NCBI GenBank assembly: GCA_009914755.4
Contig: CP068257.2
Span: 31,552,001 to 31,616,000 of the forward strand
DNA length: 64,000 nt
Origin: the human T2T-CHM13v2.0 reference genome, Homo sapiens
Direction of reading: 5' to 3'
Shown here: positions 12,534-27,600 of the stretch, piece after piece
How the letters are laid out: each line of letters starts with the position of its first letter
Numbering within the stretch: the stretch's first letter is position 1
Notes under the pieces: model-generated
The model's database searches: none
The model's input: the letters and a program-made list of their open reading frames with translations, nothing else
What the model was told of the DNA's origin: nothing
Translations under genes and position numbers: made by a program

Positions 12534-15500
12534 ATCATTGAAGAAAGCTTGGATCCAGGTAAAAATAAAGAGCAGGACACAACCAGAAAAGTCTGTGGTT
12601 CTGTTATATCATTGGACAGTGTAATGAAATGTAATGTGTTTTAAAAAATAAAAATTCTATATTCCTAAATCTTGAATAGATTCCTATTTCAGAAACCATC
12701 CATTCTGATGAGTCTCCCTTAGCTCTGAAAGAAAGAGGATAAAAACCAAATACAAGAATAATAAAAACCACCTGTCCAAGATGAACTGGAGAAAGGGTGC
12801 TAATCTCCCTGCGACAACTCCTACAACTGTATTTGATCAGGATGATAAGAAAAGTTTTAACTCATGCCTCAAGCAGAGCCACAAGACCTGCCTTTTTTGA
12901 TGACCTTGAATTCTACAACACAGGCTCCAAACCTCACATCTTGTCAACTCTCACCATGAGAAAAGTAGGAAACACTCTCTCACGTTCCCAAGTACTCACC
13001 ATACCCCCCAAAATAAGTAAAAGCTTACTTTAAAAAATAATTTGTTTTCAGAGCAGAAATCTTCTAAAAGTTGAATTCTGATTCCGTACACACCTGCGGA
13101 GAGGTACTTGCCATGCCCACTGTCTAATATGCTTCTCTTTCTATGAACTAGGGTAGGGGTTACAAATAGCTGCCATAGAGTTACTGTCATTATCAGCCTG
13201 CAATCTGTGAGCAGCTGTTAAAAACCCACATTTTGTCTCAATTGTAATCATTCAAACAAATAATGCTTACCTACAGTTCAAAAGAAGTCAGTCTGGAATT
13301 AAGTGCTGTTCATACCAATTATGTTTCTTCTTTCAGATGTATGGAAAGGGAAAATAAATTATCCATTAAATTGCAGATATATGTAAAGATGCTTTTTGTA
13401 GTAAAAGCCAAAACAACTTGAATCTGACCTGTGATTAGAAATAACAGACATTTGAAATTCAGTAACTTAATTCATTGACAATATCACCAGGTTAGTTATC
13501 AATGATTCATTCAGTTTTCTTTTAAGCATTATTAATTGCTTGATACCATTTAGGATCAGGAAACCCTTAGTGCAGTGAAAATTGTAAAAGTTTATGACCT
13601 GGGAGGCCCGTGTCTAGCCATGCCTCTGTCAGGAATCTGTGGTGTGACTTCTGACAAGAGTTTTATCCCTCTGGATCTGTTTCCTTGGCTGGAAAGTGAG
13701 GAAATCGATCCAAAGATTACCTCGCAGATTCTCTCCAACTCTGACATTCTATCATTTCACACTCACTTTAAAATAGACTGTCGGCGACCCTACGCCAGTT
13801 TTCCTTGAGAAACAGCGCCACCTTCAGGTCATAATAACCATAAGAGAGCTGACCGTGAAGGTGCTTCTCCGGCAGGAGCGATTTGCCCTGATCCACAGAA
13901 ACCCTTCCCCCGCAGTCCTCTGGGATGCGGTCACACACTTGTGAGTCTGCCGCTGGGTTAAGATCAATGCGTATGGACATGGAGCCAAGCTGAGCTAACT
14001 GGCCCACAAGGGACAGATGCATGACCTTGGCCTAATTATCACAGCTCCAGCTAACAGTTCGCCCACAGCAAAGCTCCTTGTGGAACCCTATAAAGAAGGA
14101 AAGGAAGCGAGGGATATGCTGGATGAACTAAACTCTACAAAACAATGAAAATGGACACACCTCTTCTTCAGGCAATTCCACTTAAGATAGTTTCCAGCTG
14201 TTCTTATTTTAGCAAGATATCTACTTGGATATACTTTCATTAAGAAAAATGACATAGTGAACTCTGAAGTAAATATCAGATTTTTTTCACCCAGCAAATA
14301 TTTATTGAGCAACCAACCACTTGAATGCCAGCACCGTGCTAAAAGCTCTCACAAAATTACTTTTATTGAATTTCCACAACAGCCCTTGTGAGAGAGGAAT
14401 TCATATCTTCATTTTTCAACACAAGGAAGTTGAGAATGAGAGAGGCCCAGAAACAGCAGATCTGGCAACAAGCTTGAATATGCAGACACAAACATTCCAC
14501 ACAGTCCTCCTCTGAGGACACGACGCAACTGCTCCTTTTCAAGAGCTTATCACTTGGCACAGTGTGGCACCAACTGCAATCAGCAGTGCAGAGGCAAAGG
14601 CCGCTAGGGAACTCAGTTTATTTCTCTGCAGTGTGATCTGTATGCAGAAAATGGCCCTATCTTTGCCAGCCATCCTCTGCCATACCTCCCTAACCCACTG
14701 ATGGATGCTGGGCAGGATAAGGGGGATAAGTTAATTTGTTCCTAAGTGTCTAAACAAGGATCCTTCTTAGAAACAGTGGATATTTAAGGTTGTCCCTTTG
14801 ATCACATCCCAACAATCCCTAAATTCCATAGGCTTTCTTGGTTGGGAAAGAGGCAGAGCAACTGCTACCCATGGGAATGCATCATATTTGGAAATATAAT
14901 GTTTCCTGTGCATTACAGAGGAGAGAAGTGGGAAGCATCGCCCGGTGCTGGAGGTACTCCAGCTACAGGTGGTACCCTCTATATCTTACTCTTTCCCGTA
15001 CCTACATATGTGTAGTCAACTCCAGTTGATGAGATCAGGTTTTCAATTCTTTGTACCCCCCCACTGCACTTTGCAAAATACTGGCACATAAATTTAAAGT
15101 TACTAAATATTTGCTGGTGTGTTAGGAAAAACACATAGTCTGCATGCAGAAAACAGGAATTATACAAACTAGCATGATCAGACATATTTAAGATGTCAGC
15201 TGAGTTACTCTAGGGCAGAGCCCAAGGATGAAGCTTGGCTGAGGGAGGATAGGGGAAGTGCCTTGGGACCTTTAGATTATGGGTGGAAGGAACAAAAGAC
15301 CCACATGGAACAAGACACTAGAGTTGGATTGACCCTTTGGGGAAGGAGAAGTTACGATATGACATCTAAACCGCAAGGAAGATGCCAGAAAAAGAAAGAA
15401 TAATATATTGTGTAAGCAAGCAATTTCTTAATTTTAAACGTGTTTTTATATTCAGGTGAAATTGTTTTATTCAAGGTTGAATGACTACTAAGTTGCAGCT

Positions 15501-16799
15501 AATCAGAAGTTGAGAAAGAAATGCTTGGCAGTTGGAATCCAGTTTTTGCACATAATCAGAACCAGTACTGTCAGTTTCATGGCGTCTCAAAAGCTAAGAC
15601 TGAGAAGGAAAAAGGGAACAGAGCCGGCCTTGTCACACCACAGACGGGAGCAGAAGTGCAGAACTGTCCCCATGGCATGTGTTCAAAAGAGTATCGTGTA
15701 GCAAACCCTAACCACAGCAGCAGTGGCTGAGCTAATCCTGGCTGGATCCCAGTAAGGCCCTTCTCGAGTCCCAGCAATGACGATGGTAGATTAGCAATCT
15801 CTTCTCAATGTGTCAATATCATCTATGTTTCTACCCTGCTAGCCTCCTCTTTTCCTTCTTTCTACCCCACCCTCAATTAACCATGCCTCCTCTTACAATT
15901 TCTAGTCTGCAAGAGACTAGGACAATAGAGAATCAAAAACTAGGGTAGAAACACAGAGGCTGCTGTGGTTAGCGCTTGCTGCGTGATAGATAGGTTTGGT
16001 TTTGTAGCAATAACACAAGGCGGAAAGTGATAGAAAATTCAACATTCTAACTGCAATTCACCAAATCTTATCTCCAGACTTGCGGTGTTTATAGTTTCAG
16101 CAACACAACCTGACTGCCAGGAGGAGAGTGAGGATAATAGCATGAATCCGACTGACAAGGAATATGTCTTGGAGAGCCGTGAACCATACCAGGAAGAGAT
16201 TTTTTGCTTATAAGAGCATATTTGTTTGTGGGCTCTTTCCAGGAGCAATAGACTAAGTTGAAGATGTTTTATAAAAAGATAGTTTTATAGAACAGATATT
16301 AGGAAACTATTTTTTTATGATGACACACGGATCTTCAGCCTTGAGACTGTATCTTCCAGCCTGGTTGATCCTTCTGCACTGGTTGGTACACAGTCACTTC
16401 CCTGAATGTCCCCATCTCAATCCTCCCCACACTACCCTGTCCACTGAGTCCCACCCCAGGACCATCCCCAGCCCAGCCTCACAGTCCAGCATCCACAGGG
16501 TTAATGGCAGACACAGTAGAGAGCCGCAACAGTTGCTAAATATTGTCAATATCAACCCTGATTACAGGCGATCGATTCTACAAAGAACTCTACAAAGATT
16601 CTACATTCTTTATTCTATATAGATTCTGTAAAAGAAGAATCTAAGCACTTTGTTCTGCACCGTCCAAACATGAGTCATTGTTTTCAGGGCATCATTTGGC
16701 TTTTAACACAAAGACCCAGCAGAGGGAGCCGTTTCCTAACATGAAAGGAGCTATAGGCCCTGCTAAGACAGCAACTGTTATTAGTATTATTCCACTAGA

Positions 16800-17140
16800 G
16801 CTGCCATAGAGGGGTGACGTCAACAACAGAAATGTATTTTCTCACAGTTCTGGAGACTGGAAGTCTGAAATCAAGGTGTCAGCAGAATTGGTTCCTTCTG
16901 AGATCTCTCTTCTTGGCTCATAGATGGCGGATTTCTGAGTCTTCACATGGTCACCCCTCTGTGTCTGTGTCCTAATCTCCTCTTCCTATTAGGACATCAG
17001 TTATATCAGATTAAAGCCCCCTCTCCCCATGACCTCGTTTTACCTTAATTACCTTCCTAAAGGCCCTTTCTCCAAATGCAGCCACATTCTGAGAGGTACT
17101 GGGGGATAGGACTTCAACATATAGATATTTGGGCTTCAAT
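16800..17140 (+). mobile_element. Ancient dispersed repeat of the ttctcacagttctggaggctggaagtc family; class not assigned with confidence
   Basis: Same family recurs at 27050-27600, 30425-30770 and 34815-35260, sharing ttattatctcacagttctggaggc ... caaggtg ... cttcaacatat. Confidence 0.5.
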
Positions 17141-18239
17141 ATATATATATATATGAATCCTATCCCCCAGAGGCACTGAGGGATAAGACTTCTATATATA
17201 GTAGCCTTTCAAACATGTATACATTTCAAAATGATTTTCTGTTGTTTTCTATAGGTTAGATTGCCCATTGTGTTGACTCCCATAATAAGTCAATGGTTTA
17301 AAGTCTTTGTCCTACCACCACATTGGCACACATCCATGGTGTGCTCAGATGGGAAGAAATTCAGACCTGAGTCCCTGCCTTCAGCAGATCCTGCAAGTTC
17401 ACATATCTAGATATAGAAGGAAGTCTTGAAGATAGACACATGCAGGGTGGCTGGCAGCCATCTGCAGAGGCCACCAAATGGAGAATGGCAAATGTTAAGG
17501 ACAAGATAGTGGAGCCATTCCAGACATCTTTGAAACCAGTCTTATAGACTCTCCTCCCTCTGATTCCCCCCTCTCCTGTCCCAACTTTACACACCCAAGG
17601 CCTGGCAGTTCTGCTGATTGGCTAGCCTGGATTTGCACAGAGAACAACTCACTGGACCAGATGTGCTTCATCAACCCCACGGTTAGACAATAGCATTCTG
17701 ACTACAGTGGCGCATCCTCAGCCTCCCCAGGCAAACAGATTCTTGTCCCATACATCCCTTACTTACAGCCTTGGAGCTGGGATGATGGCGGTTACCCTTA
17801 TCATGCTAACTGGCTTATAGACCCACTACAGACCTCACCCTGCTGTCTCAAAATGTAATCTACCCATATCTGAAGGGTTGTCTTAAGGATGCATGAATGT
17901 ATCTAAATAATTATCAATGATGCTTGTTTGCAATAAAGTGATTATCTTGCTCTACAATCACTTTATTGCAAACAAACATCATTAGAAAAATATTGTTATA
18001 ACCTTCTTTACAAAATCATGTATAAGAGATTTCATGCAAAATAGATCATGACCACTGCCATTATAGTAGATGGGACCCAGAAAGAACAGCCCTTTGCTTA
18101 AAGTAGGATTCTATGTGCACTCACTTTACCATAAGATTACTGTGACTTGCTGAGTGTACCAGGATGTTAGAGGTGTAATTTAATTTCTCAAAGAGATTGA
18201 AAGCCAGTGCCTGGGTTCAAAAGGCGAGGAGGCTTGCTC

Positions 18240-18572
18240 CTTTCTTTTCTTTTCCTTTTTTTTTTATTATTTTCTTTTCTTTTTTGAATAGGGTCTCGCT
18301 CTGTCACCCAGGCTGGAGTATAGTGGCACGATCATGGCTCACTGCAGCCTCAACCTCCCGGGCTCAAATGATCCTTCCACCTCAGCCTCCCGAGTAGCTG
18401 GGACTACAGGTGCACACCACCATGCCAGGCTAATTTTTAAATTTTTTTGTAGAGACCCCCAGGGGTCTCCCTATGTTGCCCAGGCTGGCCTCAAACTCTT
18501 GGGCTCAAGCCATCCTCCCGCCTCAGCCTCCCTAAGTGCTGGGATTACAGGCGTGAGCCACAACTCCTGGCC
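18240..18572 (-). mobile_element. Alu SINE, antisense, preceded by a T-rich tract
   Basis: gaatagggtctcgctctgtcacccaggctggagtatagtggc ... gggattacaggcgtgagccacaactcctggcc. Confidence 0.9.
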
Positions 18573-19840
18573 AATGCAAAGCTTTCCACACCCCTCTGGG
18601 TTGGGGGATAGGGGCAGGTCTAATGAAACAGCAGGTAGTTCTGAATTAACACTGAATCTCTCAGCCATTGATTCGAGACTGCAGAAGTCAGCAGGGGCCT
18701 TTCCCTTTGGAGATGGAAGTGCCATTGGCTCAGCCCCTTTAATATACGACCCAAGATGTCAACTCATGGACCCTGCATCCTGTCTTTGGATCTCCCCATT
18801 TACACTATTGTAACCTCAGGACTTCTTCAAGTCTGCCAGAGGAATCCACTCACACAAAAGAAGCACTGTGGGCTCCTTGGAAAGTATGGTAGAGAGGCAG
18901 GGTGGGGTGTGGCTCAGTAATTACGACACATACTCCACAGCAAATGACCTCACAATAGTGCTTTGGCATTTCTGTTCCCCACACCCCTTTCCCGATGCCC
19001 TCCCTCAGGGGGCAGAAGTTTGTGCTCTCTCTGTCTCTCTCCCTCTCTCCTTTGCCACCCAGTGCCCACCCTCACTGCAGCCCTCTCCTAACCCCTCAAT
19101 CCCACACCCCACGCTGCCTCTAACCCACTCAGTGCCATGGTGGGCATCTATCTGTAGGGAACTCCAGCTCCCTCCAGCCCCTATGCCACCTGTCATTTCC
19201 AATCCTTTCTAGCAGCTCCCCTGAACCCTCTCTTTAATAAGATCTACCCTTTTTAAAAATCATATTTTAATTGTAATTTTAAGTTTCAAAATGTCCATTC
19301 TCTTAACAATCTTAACCAATTCTCATTGAATGCCTTCTGCATTGTGGTCACAAAAGGGGCTCTGGAACCAGACGTTGGGGTTAGAATCCTGGATTCGCCA
19401 CTTACTGTGTGACTTTGGGCAAGTTATTTAACCTCTCTGGGCCTCTATTTTCTTGTCCACAATATAGGGAAGGTGATAATAGTAGCTGACTCTTAGGGTT
19501 GGTGTGAGAGAATGAGTCACTGAATTCGTGGCTGGAAGGCACGAACAGCGGTGCCCAGCATGGAGCGAGTTCAGTAATGTTAGATGCCACCGTGTGGAGG
19601 CACCAGAGGGACCCAATAAACACACACAGAGGGACAAGCAAACCCGCAGTACCGGGTCGCAATGTCACGATGGTGGAAATGCAGGGTACTGTGGGCTTTA
19701 TTGGAGGGTCACCTAACCCACACTGGGGTGTGAGATCGCATCACCAACCCCAACAGACTCGGGGCTGTGTTGGGGTGGGGGGTGCCGAAGTTCTAGCCTC
19801 GGGGTCAAGCCACTTCTGATCACAATCCAATTCACCCACA

Positions 19841-19997
19841 TCACACACACCATGGCACACACATCATACACACACATACACACCATGCAAACATCACATA
19901 CACACATAACACACAAATACCACATCCACCACCCACACAGCACACACACATACCACATACCCCACAGCCCCCCGACAATAACACCATATGCACACCA

Positions 19998-20036
<39 letters not shown>
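19841..20036. repeat. Imperfect CA-rich compound microsatellite ending in (CA)n
   Basis: cacacacatacacac ... cacacacacacacacacacacacaaaac. The His/Thr-rich and Cys/Val-rich ORFs here are artefacts. Confidence 0.9.
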
Positions 20037-20604
20037 CAGGTCACTACTTCCCTCCTATGTACTATGTGCCCTGCTATTTTCTATTCTGTTCCATTTCATG
20101 CCATTTCTTCTTAGTAGGACTCACTGAATTGATTTCAGGACCCACTAATAGGCCTGAGCAGGGGTTCAGAAAACACTGACTTGGAAGGAGGCAAAGGAAA
20201 CCCTTAAACGTCTGTGAAATGGAGCTTTGACCTGTGGTCTGCCCTTGACCTCTAAGTGGGGTAAGCCTCACACTAGGGGTGCCCTGTCCTGAGACATAGC
20301 CATAGCAGTAGGCCACCTTACTATTGGGCTGCCCTGGCCAAGAATGGGAGAAGCAGAGCCTCGTCACCAGCTGGGACAAGGGCAGCCCGAGGAGAGACCC
20401 TTTCACAGTGTCGGCACAGCTCCGTTTGACCTAAGAAGTAACCTCACTGGTTTTTGTTTCTAATCACCCCTTCATTTCACAATGGCCTGCAGGTTTCTTT
20501 TGCCGCCTTCTAAAATCAATGTTTTCCAAAGTACAGCTGAGTCATGACACATCAAATTAGTGAGTCTCAGACAACATTTTTTAAAAAAGAAAAAGAAAGG
20601 CATG

Positions 20605-20700
20605 GGATAGGATAGGATAGGATAAAGTAGAGCATGTGGCACAAGGATAAGTGCTGATGTGGGTGTGGGTGTGTGTGTGTGTGTGTGTGTGTCTGTGTGT
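20605..20700. repeat. (GGATA)n followed by (GT)n
   Basis: gggataggataggataggata ... gtgtgtgtgtgtgtgtgtgtgtgtctgtgtgt. Confidence 0.9.
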
Positions 20701-21223
20701 TGGGCTTCAACTTTCTTCAACTGTCAACCCTGCTATTAATAGGTGAAGCTATAAACACAGGGCAAAATCCATCATATCTGGTGATTCATACACAGAAGTA
20801 CAGAGTGGAGCAACTTGAGACATTACAGGCTGAAAAATACACACTTGAAATCCACAGCCCATGACTGAATCTGCTAGATGATGACTCGGTGGTTGCTGAG
20901 GAATTTAATCATCTGGACCATGTCCTTCCCTAGTTAATTTTCAACCCAGATGATCATATCTCCTGTTCCGGGCAGACACATTTCTGGCGCTAAGACCAGG
21001 GCCCCTATTCAGCCTTAGTGGATAATTCAACCTCCTGAGAGGCACTGCAGAAGCACCTGGGCCAAGATTGCTTTCCTCTTCTACGCCTATCCCAGGAATG
21101 TGGCCACTGCTCAAAATGTGGGAATTCCCTTCCAGAATTCCCCTTGAAGCTGCTGCACGCTTCTTAGACCACGTCTGAGCAATGCCTGCATCACTAGAAT
21201 ATTTGGCCTCAGTTGGGTTTGTT

Positions 21224-21254
<31 letters not shown>

Positions 21255-21383
21255 CAAGGTTTTTTCCTCAACTAAGACTTAAGACAAGGGGGTCTTAATT
21301 TGATCATTTTTTTCTGTTTTATATGATTTCTATGAAAACTACAACAAAATAAAGTTAATTATATTTAAGTGACTTTTTGATGA

Positions 21384-21692
<309 letters not shown>

Positions 21693-22153
21693 AGAATTAC
21701 ATTTTTTTAAATGGTACTGTCCTAGAAAATCCAGGATGTGCAGTGATCATGTATGAATGCATGGACCTGCACACACAGGAGTGAACAAAAGACCCACCCC
21801 TGCCAGGTCACCACTCATATCTCACCCCAGCCCACGCTAGCTCACGCTCCTCCCCACACACCACTGACCCCATCATTGCTAGGTCCCCACTTGACTTCTC
21901 AACAGGTTCAAGACAATTGGCCTTCCTCGTCTCTTCTAGAAACACCCTCTTTTCTGGGCTTTGTGTAACACCTGGTCTTTCTCCCCTCTCTGGCCACTTC
22001 TCAGCTTTTTTTTTTTCTTTCTTTCTTTTTTTTTTTTTTTTTTTTTTTTTGCCACTTCCTCTTCCTCTACATCAAGCTTGTCCAACCCACAGCCCAGGAC
22101 AGCTTTGAATGCAGCCTAACACAAATTCGTAAGCTTTCTTAAAACATTATGAG

Positions 22154-22154
<1 letters not shown>

Positions 22155-22191
<37 letters not shown>
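22155..22191. repeat. (TG)n dinucleotide repeat
   Basis: Direct reading, about 18 TG units. Confidence 0.95.
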
Positions 22192-22193
<2 letters not shown>

Positions 22194-22857
22194 AGCTCAT
22201 CAGCTATCGTTATTGTTAGTGTATTTTATGTGTGGCCCAAGACATTTCTTCTTCCAGTGTGGCCCAGGGAAGCCAAAAGATTGGACACCCCTGCTCTACA
22301 ACATCTCAATATAGGCCTTTTTCATGTTTCATTCTAGATTCTCTCTCTAGACTACAAGTTCTTAAGGGGAAGTGGCATTGGGAAATGTGTGAAGGTGGCT
22401 TTGGTTGTCACAACAGCAGGGTGGATGCTGTGTTACTAGTGTTCAGTGGATGGCGGCAGAGGGACCAAACAGAAGGCAGTATCACCAAAGAACTGTCCAT
22501 CCTCGCATGCCAATACCCACACTCCATAGAGAAACACTGCAATGGCATCCACTCCCACAGATTCGCTTACCATCTGCCAGCCAAGGCCTGCCCAGCCAGA
22601 CCTCTCCTCTGAGCACTGGTATTCCCCTTAGACATCTAACAGGCACATCAGAGTCAACGTGTCCAAAGCCAACTCATCATCTTCTCTGTAAATCTGCTTC
22701 TTCTCCAAGATGTCCTTCCTCTATGCTCACCATCACCATGAAGCCAGGTATTTAAGCAAAGGGAGTCATCTATATAAAGCCAATCCTCCGTATTCATGGG
22801 GGATTGTTTCCAGGCCCCCAGGGATACCAAAATCCACAGATGCCCAAGCCCCTTGTA

Positions 22858-22938
22858 TTAGGTTGGTGCAAAAGTATTGCAGTTTTTGCCTTTTCGTCTT
22901 TATGGCAAAAACCGCAATGACTTTTGCACCAACCCAAT
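22858..22938. mobile_element. MADE1 MITE, copy 3
   Basis: ttaggttggtgcaaaagtattgcagtttttgcc ... ggcaaaaaccgcaatgacttttgcaccaaccc. Confidence 0.85.
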
Positions 22939-22965
22939 ACAAAATGGCATAGTATTTGCATATAA

Positions 22966-23305
<340 letters not shown>

Positions 23306-24889
23306 TTACTTATAATACCTAATACAATGTAGATACTATGTAAATAGTTGTTATGCTATATTTTTAATTTGTATTATTTTTATTCTTGTATTGTTTTATC
23401 GGGGCTTTCTTTCCAAATTTTTTTGATCAGCAGTTGGTTGATCCTCAGATGTGGAACCAACGGATATCGAGGGCAGACTGTACTTGCCTCTCCCTCCACA
23501 CCCAACCTAATCACCAAATCCTACCAATCCAGCTCCTAAATTCTGCAACACCCATCCACTTTTCTTCCCCTCCACTGCCAGCACGCTAATCTTGGCCACT
23601 GTCATCTCCACCTGAACTCTTGCAGTAGCCCCTCCCAGGTCTCCCTGCTTTCATTCCTGCCTGTTTCAGAGCCCCCATCCTCACTGCAACACGTCATCTT
23701 CAAAACAGCTGCTCTGATCCTATCACTCTGGCTTAAACTCCCCAGTGGCTTCCCATTCCTCTCAGACTACAGCCCAAATCCTTAGCCCTGCCTCTGAGGA
23801 CAGCCCTGCAGCGTCTCCCGGAGCCTTCCTTTCCAGCGTCACTTCCCCTTACTTTGGCCACGTTGACCTCCTGCCAGTTCCTCAATGGCTCTGTTCCCCT
23901 TCCACCACCCCACCTTAATGAATGCCCTTCCCTCTGCCTGAGAGGTTCCTCCCCACCTGCCCTTCCCTCCCATGGCCGATGCCTAACACTCTTCCATCGC
24001 TCTTCCAACACTCTTCCCCATCGGTTCAACACTGCTTCTTCCAGGAAGCCTCCCCAGGCCCCTGGATAAATCCCTGTGCATTCTCAAAGTGCTTAGACTG
24101 TCTCTTTTCTAGAACTGACCACAAATGTCATGAATTACCTAGTTGCAAAAGTATTTAATGTCCATCTTCACTGCTCTGTAAGCAGCCCTGTGGACAAGGA
24201 ATGAGCCAGCCTCATTGACTATGGGTGCTGTGGCTCCCAGCACAGTGTCTTGCAAACGGACATTCAGTAAATATCTAGTGCCGATTCCCCTAAGATAAAC
24301 CTTGGAGGAACTATAAAGAGAGAACTGACAAAATTTTGAGAAAATTCATGGGATGTGTCAGGAGGGAAACAGCTGGGAAAGGGCCAGGGGACTTTGGCCA
24401 GGAGCAGGATCAGTGGGTGGCTGTGGAAAGGGTAAAACAGAAAAGGAACTATGGGTGTCTGCCCTTGCCCCTTCCCCCACCAATGCTAGGGACAAACAGT
24501 GCCTGCCCCTACCCTGATGCTGACTTAGACCTGTGTCCAGATGTCCCAGGAGTAAAATTCAGGCATCTCACAAGTCCTGTGCCTGTGAGGAGCTGGAAAA
24601 ACAGGTGGGAAGAAAAACCCTAGGCAGTTGCTTCCTTCTCTAACACCACCCCTTCCAAACCCTCAGGCCAGGGGAACTGCGAACCAAAAAGTGCCCCTTT
24701 CTAAACCACTCCTCCCTGGGGACCAAAGATGGAGCACTGACCTGAAACATTGTTTTGCTGGGTGTGGAGTAACTGAGGGTGGCACAGTTGTCTGGGACTG
24801 ATCTGTCCCCACCCCATCTCTCCATAGATATTGCCTAACAGAGAAGCCAACTGACCTCGCCACTGCCATGGAGAATGAGGTCAAAATAG

Positions 24890-26560
24890 CAAGATAGTTG
24901 AGAAGTAAACCATTTTAAAAAAACTGAATTATAGATTCCATCAGAAGAGGAAATGTTGGAAAAGTCCAAGAAGTTAAAATTAGCCTAATAAGCTTAATAG
25001 GAAATAAAGAGAAATGAAACAATACTAAGACAACATTAAAAAGGAACCATGCATAAGAAATAAAAAATATAGTAGTTGAAGGAAAGAACTCACAAATGTG
25101 ACTAAACAGTAGAATGAATAAAACTCAAGGACAAATTAGTGAGTTGGAAGTTCAAACTGAGGAAGTTCTTCAAATAAGGGACAAAAAATAGAAAATATTA
25201 GAGAAAAGCCAAAAAAATGGAGTATTTACACACAAATGCTAACATCCATATGATAAGGCTCAGAGAGTCAGAGGAATAAAATGAAAAGAAGGAAGTATTT
25301 GAAAGAATAATGAAGCTAGATTTCCTAGAATTCAAAAAGAAAAAAAGAAATACCTCAGAATGAAAGGGCCTACAGAATGACAAAGAGAAGAAAGAGAAAA
25401 ATATATCACACCCTATGGTAAAATATGAGACTATGAAAGACAAAGAAAATTCTGCAAAGAGTAAATCATACAAAGGACCAACATTGAGAATGACACCAGA
25501 TTTCCCCACAGCATCAGTGGATCCAGGAAAACAATGGAGCAGTATCAGCAAAGTACTGAAGGATATGACCTTAGAACCTAGAATATACATCCAGCCAAAC
25601 TGCCCTTTAATTAAGTATCAGGGCATGAAACAAATATTCTCAGTCATATAAAACCTCAAAACTTGAATAAGTAGAGAAACAAATCAAAGAGTTGCTGGAG
25701 AAACAAATAAAAATAATCAAATACCTTACAAAAGTTGGTTGTAGTAAACAACAAATTTTTAAAATTCTAAGACCAGGCTGGGTGTGGTGGCTCATGCCTA
25801 TAATCCCAGCACTTACGGAGGCCAAGGCAGGAGAATCGCTTGAGGCCAGGAGTTTGAGACCACCCTGGCCAACATGGCAAAACCTCATCTCTACTAAAAA
25901 TACAAAAATTAGCTGGATGTGGTGGTGTGCACCTGTAGTCCCAGCTACTCAGGAGGCTGAGGCATGAGAATCACTGAAACCCAGGAGATGGAGGCTGCAG
26001 TGAGCCGAGATCAAGCCACTCCACTCCAACCTGTGTGACAGAGCGAGACTCTGATTTAAAAAAAAAAAAATTCTAAGACCAATGAACAAGAAAAAAGAGA
26101 CTTACACTTGCCCGGACTTAAAAGTATAGATCAGGAATATTTGTGTCATAATGTTAAATTATATAAAATTAGATTTACTATATATCATTGTCTAAATCAG
26201 AATACCTTTGAGAGTAAAAGGTATTATTTAAGAATTATATCAGGAAAAGACAAAGTAAACTAGGACTGTCTCAGGCAAATCAGGACATATGGTCAGTCAT
26301 GGTATATAAAATAGATCAGAAAATATGAAGGATGAGGAGGGCCCCCAAAATGATAAAAAGTTTAATTCCCCTAGTATATATAAAGCAAAAATTGATAGAA
26401 ATATACAGATAAATTGATAAATCCACCTTCACAGTGGGAGATTTTAGCATACCATTGTAAATAATGGGTCAAGTAAACAAAAAAACTCAGCAGGAATGTA
26501 AAAGATTTGAACTTCACCCAATGAATACAGAAAGTTATGCCTCGAAAACTTAAATGATAC
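24890..26560 (+). mobile_element. Old L1 LINE fragment (ORF1 3' end to ORF2 5' end), sense strand, split by an Alu at 25776-26070
   Basis: Lys/Glu-rich sequence colinear with the L1 ORF1 C-terminus and the ORF2 endonuclease start (gataaattgataaatccaccttcacagtgggagattttagcataccattg ... aaagatttgaacttcaccc); the minus-strand ORF 25198-25590 is its antisense artefact. Confidence 0.65.
25776..26070 (+). mobile_element. Alu SINE with target-site duplication aaattctaagacca
   Basis: ggctgggtgtggtggctcatgcctataatcccagc ...; the same 14 bp flank both ends (25761-25775 and 26069-26083). Confidence 0.9.
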
Positions 26561-26569
26561 ATTTTTAGG

Positions 26570-27010
<441 letters not shown>

Positions 27011-27049
27011 CAAGAAAAGGGAGAAGAATAAACTATGGTTGTATTCATT

Positions 27050-27600
27050 TTCTATTGCTACGTAACAAATGACAAACGTAGCGGCTTGAAACAGCACCCA
27101 TTTATTATCTCAGTTCTATAGGTCAGATGTCTGGACATGTCATGGCTGGGTTCTCTACTCAGGGGCCCACCAGGCTGAAATTAAGGTGTTGGCAGGGCTG
27201 CAATCTCATCTGAAGGTGAGGGCCCTCTTCCCAGCTCACTGGTTGTTGGCAGAATTGAGTTCCTAGAGGGTGAAGGAGTGAGTCTCCACCATCTTGCTAG
27301 CTGTCAGCTGGAGCCATTCTCAGCTTCTAGAGGTTGCTGGCCCCATGGTGTTTTCCACGACATGAAAGTTATCTTCTGCAAGGCTGGCAGGAGATTTTCA
27401 CTGCTACTTTGGATGTCTGACTTGCCTGCCTCTGACTCTAGACCCAGGTTTAAAGTGTTCATGTGATTAGATCAAGCTCCCTTCCTTGATCTAATCAAGG
27501 AAGGGCATTAATTATGTCTGCAAATTATGAAGGGCATTAATTATGTCTGCAAAACCCATCACAGTAGCACCTAGATTCAAGTTTGATTGAACACTGTATG
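27050..27600 (+). mobile_element. Ancient dispersed repeat (ctgcgtaacaaat ... ttattatctcagttctataggtcag family), with a 27-bp local duplication at 27490-27560
   Basis: Family shared with 16800, 30425 and 34815; direct duplicate gggcattaattatgtctgcaaa x2. Confidence 0.5.

Noticed and set aside
17101-17180. Short palindrome gggggataggacttc...(TA)n...gaatcctatccccc
   Set aside because: Lies within the end of an ancient dispersed repeat next to a (TA)n run; it is small and probably a local slippage or hairpin artefact
19713-20127. Cys/Val-rich and His/Thr-rich ORFs
   Set aside because: Translation of the CA/TG compound microsatellite
23590-24300. Pro/Ser/Leu-rich ORFs in a unique-looking GC-moderate block
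   Set aside because: The sequence resembles an ancient MIR/CORE-SINE-like element (...ttccaggaagcctccccaggcccc...), has no start or splice context and no protein similarity
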